DNA of 64,000 nt from Octopus sinensis (taxonomy: Eukaryota), in contig NC_043002.1 in NCBI RefSeq assembly GCF_006345805.1, forward strand, positions 17,794,001 through 17,858,000, read 5' to 3'. The notes beneath the pieces are model-generated. The model worked only from the letters and a program-made list of their open reading frames with translations. It ran no database searches and had not been told where the DNA came from. The translations under genes were made by a program, and so were the position numbers. Of the stretch, positions 38,432-47,760 are shown piece by piece. Within the stretch, counting starts at the first letter, position 1; each line of letters opens with the position of its first letter.

Positions 38432-38845
38432 AGATATGTTTCAGCCAAAGATTGGTCCAGGCCATGTCTAACTTAATAGCACCACCTGATAGGATTATCT
38501 AAATCTTGATTAAGTCAAGTTATGTTTATGGTCCATTCAAGTAGTGAGTTCTTGTTGAGTGAGTTATATCCAGGTATTAGTGGCTTATCCGGTATTCCAT
38601 GAAGAAATCTGGCCAGACTCCGTTTAAATGTGATGGCATCCTTTTCCTCTGTGGTCGCTTTTGGGACAATTTTAAATAGGGCAGGGCCTGTTGAGGAAAA
38701 GAAAGTATGTCAGAGTGTACCTGTATGCTGTGATCCTGAATTGGGGAAGGGACGTATGGCCCGTGGTCCCAGCGTTGAATGAACCTTGAAACTAATGTGC
38801 AGGTCGTTTGAGCGATATTGGTGGTATATTTTCCACATCGCACAA
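38432..38845 (-). mobile_element. CR1-like LINE 3' end
   Basis: Minus translation STGPALFKIVPK..FKRSLARFLHGIPDKPLIPGYNSLNKNSLLEW; second copy at 44020-44290. Confidence 0.75.
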
Positions 38846-38984
38846 ATGATGTACCGCTCGCGGCGGCGCTGGAGAGTAGAGCTTTAAGACTTTAAGTCAA
38901 TATATATATATATATATATAGATAGATAAATGAAATAAAACATATGCATATATATAAACATATATGTACGTACCTACCTCTACA

Positions 38985-39260
38985 TGTACATATACACGCA
39001 TATATGAGTACAGGACACTAAAGGGACGTCGAACACAAAGAGAAACGAAAACATAGACACAAACCAAAGGAACAGGACATTTTTTAAAAGAACAACAAAA
39101 AATGTAGTACAGGACAATTAACACAACGAAAAAACCCCTTCTTCAGTCGCTAAGGTTTCATCTACTCTACGTTTCGAAGGATAAAAGCGAGACGTATCTT
39201 CGACAAGAAACTTTCCTTCCGGCGAAAAGCAAATCAATTTAAATTCTGAGATCTTTTCGC
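38985..39260 (-). mobile_element. Degenerate Penelope-like pseudo-LTR
   Basis: Broken hammerhead-like ..TCGAAACGTAGAG and a pyrimidine-rich tail similar in layout to 47505-47750. Confidence 0.45.
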
Positions 39261-39739
39261 AGAGGGGTAAAAAATGGTAAAAAAAATGGTAAAAAAAACA
39301 GGACAGTAACGACAGTACAAAAATATAAACAGTAAAAAAATAAACAGTAAAAAAATATAAACAGTAACAAAATATAACAGTAAAAGACAGGACAGGGAAA
39401 AACAAATATATATATATATATGCATTTTCAGCAGTTCATGGACTTTGTGTGTAAGTTATATAAATCGGTTCTTCAAGTTGAGTTCTTTTACACAAAATAA
39501 GGTAAAAGTGCAACTTTGAGTTCAATAAATGATAAACTAAAGTAAATAATGCGATCAATAGCCTGGACTTAAATACTTTGAGAATTGTGTGTCTCTGCAT
39601 GACATCAGTGTTATATCTGAAGCCAGTAAAAGAAAGTTGAGGATATCATTCTATGAACATATCGAACATATTGACCATATTAAACATATATTCATGCAAA
39701 TATAAAGTATTTTTGAATATTCCCATCGATTAGTCCAAC

Positions 39740-39900
39740 ATATGTATAAGTATTATATACACACACACATATATATATATATGCAAATACATATATACAT
39801 ATATATATACACACATATATATATGAGTATGTATATATATATAATATATATACATATAGATATACTCATATATATATGTATATATATACTAATATATATA

Positions 39901-39931
<31 letters not shown>

Positions 39932-39966
39932 ATATATACACAATACATATATGAGTATGTATTTAT

Positions 39967-40002
<36 letters not shown>

Positions 40003-40025
40003 CACATACATATATGAGTATGTAT

Positions 40026-40071
<46 letters not shown>

Positions 40072-40090
40072 CATATATGAGTATGTATTT

Positions 40091-40161
<71 letters not shown>

Positions 40162-40179
40162 CATATATGAGTATGTATT

Positions 40180-40220
<41 letters not shown>
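39740..40220. repeat. (TA)n field with four copies of ACACATACATATATGAGTATGTATTTATA
   Basis: The unit recurs at ~39940, 40000, 40065 and 40155, separated by (TA)n. Confidence 0.9.
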
Positions 40221-40222
<2 letters not shown>

Positions 40223-41271
40223 TCATAAATACGAGCATTATGGATGTGTGTACTTCTGCGAGTAAGCTGCATACATATTTAAAATTATAACAGCCGCATA
40301 TAATCCCCTTGAGATATTATAAAAGTTGCTGTCTTCCAGCTAAAGATTTTGCTGAAAATATCATAATAAGCAATGACAATTCAGAAACGAATATTAGCAG
40401 TTCAGCATATCGATTCAGCTCTAGGATATGAATAAGACAAACTGAAGTATGCCTGAGGAAATAATTGTTTGCCTTCTTCAGGTTTCTCATCGTCTTTCTC
40501 TTCCTTAAATCATATTTCTCTATCTCTCTCCGCGCTTTCTCTCCCCCCTCTCTCATACATACTCTTGTGTTCCTTTCAAGTTTCATATGCATAACATTTA
40601 CATACATCAACGGAACAGATGCAAAGCGGGTGTGACTGATAATACTAGTGATCTTGTCCTGCTGGTTTATTCTAAATAAAAAATGGTTAGGAAAATGGGA
40701 GTAGTGGTCCAGTTGTTATAGAATGATAAATAGTTAAAACACATTTCAGAAACATATGATGAATTCCAAAAGGACTGTGAGTTTAAGGTAATGTTATTAA
40801 TTTAATAATAATCACAGCAGAATATGGGGATCCCTGTCAAGAAAGAATCAATGGAACAGGGAACATGTATGCAGCCGTCAATATTTTAGTATGAATAATC
40901 TCTTACAGGTGGACACAATACCCAGAGCATATTCCAAGCTACGTTCACATCTTCACTTGAATAATAAGCTTTGTTATGTAGGAGGCATTGAGATCTACTT
41001 CTTAAACGGTACTATTTGTCTAATGATTGCTTTAGCAAAGTACATTCTACTACATGTATTCATATCATTTTGTCTCCCTTTTATCCCCTACATGGGATAC
41101 CATAACATGTTAGCTATCATCTGGTTTAGTCGTCTCATACGTACTTTTCAAGGAATGATGTCCCTATCAGGAAGGTAACTTACTCTTCATAAGCCCTCGT
41201 CGTTTGAATGTAGTAAACCATTTGACGTACGACTGTCGAGTGACAGTACTCTGTATACAAGGTTATTTGGG

Positions 41272-41367
41272 GTCACTCTTCCGATGGTCGTCCCTTGTCG
41301 TGGTGAAAGTGATTGTTTGTTCCATGGCGGTAAGGTCGAGGATGAGGTCCCAGACTAAACACGACCA
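41272..41367 (+). ncRNA. HDV-like ribozyme fold at the RTE 5' end
   Basis: P1 GUCACU(C)UUC 41272-81 / GAAAGUGAU 41305-13; P2 UGGUCGU 41285-91 / ACGACCA 41361-67; P3 CCC/GGU around L3 UUGUCGU; candidate catalytic C41355 in GACUAA. Confidence 0.6.
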
Positions 41368-42290
41368 AACACCAACATGAAGACCCCAACGGCGGACCAA
41401 GCGGAGGAGGGCTATCTCATGCACCCCCCCCCCAATGATTAGCTCCGACAGAAGAGGGCAACGCCTGTTGGGCAGGCGTCACAAAGGCGGATAGACTCCG
41501 GCAGTTCGCTGCAACCAGCCTCATCAACACTTCACATATCAGTTCTTGAGCCACAGTGGAGAAGTTCCTTGTCAAGTGCGTGCTCTTAGCCGTCGCACAG
41601 CCAAGATTACCTCAAACAAGTTACTTAGCGAATGACTTTGTCTTTCTAATCTGTCTACAAAAGCCCAATGACGATGGTATCGTGGGCACCGGAGGTAGGC
41701 CTAGAAATCTGGAGAACTTCACATGCCTCGGAAGTATCCTTTCGAAGAACGCCCCCATCCCATGTGAAAGAGATGTAGAGAACCGGATTGGGGCAGCCCA
41801 CTTCGCCGTTGACAGACTCAGCCAATGTGTATTCTTCAATTACGCGCTGACCATCCGGACAAAGATCATGGTCTCCTGTGTCATCTCGTCTCCTGAGGAT
41901 CATGCTCTACGGAGAACTTGCAATCGGAACAAGATCCAGAAGAGACCCGAAATTCTGTTTTAAATACCAGCTCAAACAGACCCTATCTCAAACTAACATC
42001 CAGCCACCTTCGTGGGAACAGATTTCCATGGATGGAACAGCCTGGAGAACTGCTATCCGCAATAGAAACAGCTCCTTCAAGCAGAACAGACAACTGAATA
42101 AGGAGGCAAAACGCAAAAGAAAGGAGCGTTTTAAACATCCTCGACCTGCACCGACCATCCCGTGAGAGTTCTGCCCACGACTCTTTCACGACCGACTTGG
42201 ACTCCAAAGTCACTTTCTGCACAAACATCAGCCAAGCAGACTGGATAGAAACTGACGAACCCAATGCTCGGATACGAGCTGGAGCCGACC
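41272..42290 (+). mobile_element. Internally deleted RTE-clade LINE (5' UTR plus C-terminal ORF pieces)
   Basis: RTE-type 5' motif CCTTGTCGTGGTGA; translation LENFTCLGSILS..ERDVENRIGAA..RLLRIMLYGELAIG..WEQISMDGTAWRTAI..P*EFCPRLFHDRLGLQSH (terminal C2H2 remnant); no APE or RT core. Confidence 0.88.
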
Positions 42291-42550
42291 AATCGGAGTC
42301 AAAAGCGGTTGAAATATAATGTCTCCTTAGCCTTATTATAATTTAGTTTTTGCCAAGTTGTATCAAAATATGTTTGCGAAGGAAATTAATGTTTTGTATA
42401 TATTTGTATTGGTAGGAGGGTTTATGTGCCACGAGGAATATGCGTGTGTGGGTATAAGAAATGTATATCCCTGAATGTAGAAGGTTAGAAATAATTTTCT
42501 TATAAAAATTTTAATGTCACAAAATATTGTTTCCCAAATTCATGCAATAA

Positions 42551-42787
42551 CTCTTTTACTTGTTTCAATCTGTTGACTGCAGCCATGCTGGAGCACCGCC
42601 TTAAAGGGTTTTAATCAAAGAAATTGACCCCAGGACTTAGTCTTTGTAAGTTTGGTACTTGTTCTATTGGTGTCATTTGCCGAACTACTAAGTTACGGGG
42701 ATGTAAACACAACATTGGTTTTCAAGGAATGGTGGGAGGACAAATACTGACACAAAAATACAAATAAATTCATATATATATATAGTC

Positions 42788-42832
<45 letters not shown>

Positions 42833-42996
42833 CGACAGACGTCTTTCAGTTTCCGTATGCCAGATCAATTCACTAGGCTTCGGTCGGTCCGAGACTATAG
42901 TAGAAATCATTTACCCAAGGTGCTACGAAGAAGGACTGAACACGGAACCATGTGCTTCAGAAGTAAGCTTCTTACCATATAGCCAAACCTGCGTCT
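42551..42996 (-). mobile_element. Diverged SINE family B
   Basis: Colinear reverse complement with many substitutions and a (GATA)n middle. Confidence 0.85.
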
Positions 42997-43012
42997 ATGA
43001 AAAGTTGCTAGC

Positions 43013-43083
43013 TGACAGCAACGGGACTCGAACACCTACCCCTCAGATACCAACTGAGTACTCTACTATTAAGCTAAACAACC
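43013..43083 (-). pseudogene. tRNA-like remnant (Thr-GGT-like anticodon arm); tRNA pseudogene or SINE head
   Basis: 71 nt; TAGCTTAATAGTAGAG A box, CTCAG-TTGGTAT-CTGAG arm, GTTCGAGTCC B box; acceptor and T stems are mismatched. Confidence 0.5.
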
Positions 43084-44019
43084 TGATGAATTATAAAACG
43101 ACTTTCTTCTTCAAACAAATTTAGCGTCCGAGTGCGATTTGGTAAATATATTCTCAAGTTCAAAACACGTCTAGGAACTGCGTAATTCTAACTAACATCG
43201 AAAGGCAGACGGCGATTGATTTAAGAATGTCGAAGTATATCACATGGTTTATTTCACAAACGGCTTTTGGATTCAAATAATTGGCAGCATCTATTCTCGA
43301 CAAACGCTTTTAAGGGCTTTGCTCGATTACATTACTTCCAGTATTTTGCCAGATAATTTTTCATTAAAACTGGTGGGAGAAAAAGTTAACTCAAAGATGA
43401 TGTAATGTGACGTAGGCAATAAATAGAACGGATATTATAAACCCCAAAATTAGAGGTGTGTAGGTGTGAACTGTAAGGTGGATGTGTTATATATATTGAC
43501 TGTCTGGATTTTTAATTAGAAAATATGTATTAATAGAATGATGTGGGGGAGATTAAAATGTCAGTCTGCTTTGCTTTGAATGGATGCGACGTATTATTAC
43601 GTACAATATTGATTCGGCTGACATTAAATGAGAGTGATGCTATATTTATATATGAAGAATCTATTTTTTCTTGAATATACTCACAGGTCAGATTTTAAAT
43701 TATATTTGAAAGTAAATTTCGGACTTTGAAGCAAATGATTATTAAACTGATAAATTAGATCAGGCATTTCTCGCGGAGACCGTTGGGCAGAATACGCGTC
43801 TGTATAAGCATGCCGAGTAAAAGTAGAAGGCAGGTATGTGATATAAGTATACAAGGGATGGTAGGTAGATACATGCGAACATGTTTATACATACATACAT
43901 GCATGCATACATACATAATACATACATAAACACATATAGGTGTGTACACATATGCTTTTATATACATATTTAATGAATGAAGGTTATATATATATATATA
44001 AAACTTAGATAAAACTTAG

Positions 44020-44289
44020 ATATATTTCGACCAAAGATTGGTCCAGGCCATGTCTAACTTAATAGCACCACCTGATAAGATTATCTAAATCCTGTTTAAG
44101 TCAAGTTTTGTTTATGGTCCTTTGAAGTAGTGAGTTTTTGTTGGGTGAGTTGTATCCAATTATGGGTGGCTTATCTGGTATTCCTTGAAGGAATCTATCC
44201 AGACTCCGTTTAAAGTTGATGGGCCTGTTGAGGAAAACAATTATGTTGCAGTGTACATGTATGCTGTGATCTTGAATTGGGCAGGGAAC

Positions 44290-44290
<1 letters not shown>
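44020..44290 (-). mobile_element. CR1-like LINE 3' end, second copy
   Basis: Colinear with 38432-38760 apart from a deletion; short tandem tail AAAACTTAGAT x2. Confidence 0.8.
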
Positions 44291-44357
<67 letters not shown>

Positions 44358-44499
44358 ATATAATCTTCATTCATTAAATACGTATAAAAGCATATGTGTA
44401 CACCTCTATACGTGTGTACGTATGTATTATGTATGTATGCATGCATGTATATATATATTGTTATATTTCGGAATGGTCATTTTGCCAGTCTAATAAACA

Positions 44500-45150
44500 G
44501 CGTTTATTAGAGTCCGGTGTATTTATAATTTTTTCTACGAACGGATCTGATTTTTGATTCATCAAAGTACTAGTGATGTCTTGTATTTCAGGTGGTCAAG
44601 TTTGTCATTCTGCCTGGGTGGCTTCCCTGTTGATTCTCTACAAGGATCATTTTTGTTGTATTTGCTGAAGTTCTGTTTTGATCAGAGTTAAAATTCCATT
44701 GGTCTAGAGTTAGCAGACGTCAGCAGCTAGTGTTTGAGAGGTGTTATTGCATGGTGATTTGGAGTTACCATTTCGAAACCCGGGTGAAAGGCTGTTACTA
44801 AAGTTCTTAAAATTGTCTGTTGTATCTGGGTTTTGTTTTGTTTTTTTTTGTAGAAAAATTGGGTCTTTTTTACCCCTTTTTCTTTAGTGTTTTTTTCCTT
44901 TCTAAATGATATTCAGCTGTGGTTTATATTTTTTAACGAGTATGCTTTCCTTATTTAAACGGAATTGTGTTGAAGCGTTTCCGGTGCATTGATAGATAGG
45001 GAAGATTTAGTATTTCGAGTTTATATTTGCGTAGCATTGGTCTCGGTGTTTGCTTACGGGAAGTTTCTTGGTCGTAGGGTACCGAATCTGTTGCCTGTGT
45101 ACCGTTAGTCTGATGTATGTAGTTTCTAATTCCTAATTCTAGATTTTTAC
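44500..45150 (-). mobile_element. Decayed Penelope-like element fragment (RT thumb/linker region)
   Basis: Broken frames with VPYDQ.., LVTAFHP.. and ..RQPPRQNDKLD-like motifs typical of the PLE post-RT region. Confidence 0.5.
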
Positions 45151-45179
45151 CATTCATAAGCAAAAAAATATTGGTGAAA

Positions 45180-45895
45180 CTAGTTTGATATGTATGTGGT
45201 CCAGCCACTCCAGCATTCTGCGAGGATTTTCGTCACCTCCCAGTTGATGGTGGGTGGTCTGCCTCTTTGGTGGGACAGAATCCACTAAGATCATGGCTGT
45301 CTAGATAGTTTCTGTCGTAGCTCAGTTTAATGAGGTAGCCCAGTTCCCTCGTGCTCAATTCACGGAACTCTACCTCACTCTCACAGATAATTTCAGTGCA
45401 TTTATCCACAGCAAAATTTATATCTATAGATAGGTAGACTGAAATTGGATCCATACTATCCGCGACACAACCTGTGAGGTCGTTGGAATGGTTGCAACTA
45501 CTGATTCTACTGAAGAGATCCTCCCTGCTCATACAGACTTCTGGGGATATTTCAATGAGTGGTCGTATACCGTGAGAGGAAGTAAGATGGACTATAATTT
45601 CTGGTGATATTCACGCCGCAAACTAGCCGGATTGAAGACCCCATAACATGGTTTCCGTAAGGTATATGATCGTTACGTAACCCGTATAGACTAGGAACAT
45701 CGTTGTTGAATGCTTGGAAATTTTGTGCAGTTCATTTATTGGGTTGGAGTATGTTGCACGATATTCCCATGTACACATTGAGGAGTTTTTCCACTCTTTC
45801 ATATTTCTGTGGTGCAACTTCTCTCATGCTACTGATGTATTGTTGCATGGTCTATACATAGTTCTGTGGGCTGTCTATTTAATTTCCTGTCCCTA
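45180..45895 (-). mobile_element. Decayed Penelope-like RT N-terminal fragment
   Basis: IRPLIEISPEVCMSREDLFSRI..ADSMDPISVYLSIDINFAVDKC resembles the PLE RT motif GSMDVEALYPSID. Confidence 0.7.
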
Positions 45896-46166
45896 ATTCG
45901 CTGTTTCAGTTATCGTAGACATTCGGCAAAAGATTTACTGAGTTGGTGGGCCTTCATAAATAAGAACGCAATTCCGCTAACGGACGATTGAAAAGGCTGC
46001 AAGTCGCAACGAAAATTTTAGTAAAAATAGCTAAGTAAATGAGTGCAAATCAATGAGTGTGTTACATTAATAAGGCACTAAAAGAGAATGACTCTCCCCA
46101 GACACAATAAAATATACTTCAACACACGTAATCACATAAAGAACCTTGCAAACCAAATACAAAAAC

Positions 46167-46217
<51 letters not shown>

Positions 46218-46359
46218 CGAGCGAGCGATGTACTTGCATAGCTAGTGACTTGATCTGAGATCGTGTGCTGGAACGAAAGCAATTGCAGCGTGGAAGGTGT
46301 TTATAAGCCATTTAAGAAACACACAAAACCGTTAGATTCACTTCAACATTTAAATTTAA

Positions 46360-46410
46360 TTTGTCAAAATATTTTCGTAGCTTTGAGATCGCAACCTGTT
46401 CACTGACAAA
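46360..46410 (-). ncRNA. Hammerhead fold with G3-C8 swapped core (mirror copy)
   Basis: Reverse-complement arm of 46430-46480. Confidence 0.55.
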
Positions 46411-46429
46411 ACTTCGTGCAGCACGAAGT

Positions 46430-46480
46430 TTTGTCAGTGAACAGGTTGCGATCTCAAAGCTACGAAAATATTTTGACAAA
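46430..46480 (+). ncRNA. Hammerhead fold with G3-C8 swapped core (GUGAACA)
   Basis: Stem I UUUGUCA/UGACAAA (7 bp); core GUGAACA 46437-43; stem II GUUGC/GCUAC (one mismatch); GAA; palindromic stem III AAUAUU; UUU triplet. Confidence 0.6.
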
Positions 46481-46738
46481 TAAATTTAAATGTTGAAGTG
46501 AATCTAACGGTTTTGTGTGTTTCTTAAATGGCTTATAAACACCTTCCACGCTGCAATTGTTATATATATATATCGTTTTTATATTTGGTTTGCAAGGTTC
46601 TTTATGTGATTACGTGTGTTGAAGTATATTTTATTGTGTCTGGGGAGAGTCATTCTCTTTTAGTGCCTTATTAATTTAACACACTCATTGATTCGTACTC
46701 ATTTACTAGGCTATTTTTACCACACAGTCATGCCTGCG

Positions 46739-46784
<46 letters not shown>

Positions 46785-46786
<2 letters not shown>

Positions 46787-46925
46787 CGCAGGCATGACTG
46801 TGTGGTAAGAAGCTTGCTTTCCAACAAGATGGTTATGTGTTCAGTCCCACTGAGTGGCATCTTGGGCAAGTCTCTTCTACTAGTCTCAGTACAATTAAAG
46901 TCTTGTAAGGGAATTTGGTAGACGG
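46785..46925 (+). mobile_element. SINE family B 5' part, with an inverted copy of its first 24 bp at 46717-46740
   Basis: GGCGCAGGCATGACTGTGTGGTAAG..TCAGTCCCACTG..TTGGGCAAG. Confidence 0.85.
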
Positions 46926-47504
46926 TTGACACACACGCTGTAAGTTCCACCAATGGGGAATTCCGTGTTGCTTCCCTAGATGCAGTGTATGTTTTCAATA
47001 ATTACAACGATAAACGATATGTAGGATTGCTCATCCAATAAGAAGAAATTTAGTTTTCATTTCCCTGCATGGAAATATTATCTGGAGTGCATATTAGCAA
47101 TAATTACAACCGAATAAAATAGGGATACTCCTACATCAAATAATAGGAAATAGATTTTGAGGAAGAGCATGTTTGCATATTTTATATCATTGTATTTATT
47201 GATAATATATATGGGTGTATTTACTTAATTTCAATGCAAAATGCACAATATGTAGGTAAAACAACCATGTCACTAAACTTGACTAATGGAAAAATAATTA
47301 CCCTGAGCTAAGTATTTCAAACTTCATTTCCTTCTCTGCGAATTTAATGGTTTGAACTTATTTTTCGCCCAGGAATGTGTAAGTAATGCGGAGACACATC
47401 AGCCACTTTTCAAGTACGTTTAACACCAAATGTGCTCAGTGCTAGTTGCTTTCATTTGTCTAGGCACTAATAATTGCAATAATATATATATATATATATA
47501 TATA

Positions 47505-47750
47505 CTTTCCTCCTCGTGTGTGACCCTTCTGTCCGAGTCAGACGCCATGATAGATCGTTAGCCACTACAACATTTTTTCTCTCCTTAATTCTCTCCTTGT
47601 TTTTTCTGAGTCCCTTTCTGTAGAAGAGCGTAGGCTCGAAACGTAAAAGACTTTTTTTATTCCTGAGCGTTATACTAATACATCTGTTTGTTTTGTACAC
47701 CGCCTGTCTTCGTCTTTTGTTTTTTTTTTTTTCGTAAACTCTCCCTATAT
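47505..47750 (+). mobile_element. Solo Penelope-like pseudo-LTR (family of 28865-29060)
   Basis: GCCATGATAGATCGTTAGCCACTA..GAAGAGCGTAGGCTCGAAACGTAAAAGAC..GAGCGTTATACTAATA matches the reverse complement of 28880-29040. Confidence 0.8.
47614..47649 (+). ncRNA. Minimal hammerhead fold, CUGUAGA core variant
   Basis: CUUU CUGUAGA A GAGC-GUAG-GCUC GAA AC-GU A AAAG. Confidence 0.65.
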
Positions 47751-47760
47751 AAAAAATATA

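Larger units (their letters stand above)
46037..46705. repeat. Large fold-back palindrome of a Penelope-like pseudo-LTR, centre 46420
   Basis: AAAACTTCGTGC A GCACGAAGTTTT at the centre; inner arms ~46280-46419 / 46421-46560 differ at one site seen; outer arms ~46037-46170 / 46570-46705 differ at about five. Confidence 0.92.

Noticed and set aside
39165-39210. TTGTCGAAGATA..TATCCTTCGAAACGTAGAG hammerhead-like motif
   Set aside because: C3 is lost and the stem II register conflicts with the core; kept only as a degenerate pseudo-LTR.
40750-40792. Possible small exon ending TTTAAG|GTAATG (KHISETYDEFQKDCEFK)
   Set aside because: Weak pyrimidine tract and no recognisable homology or partner exons.
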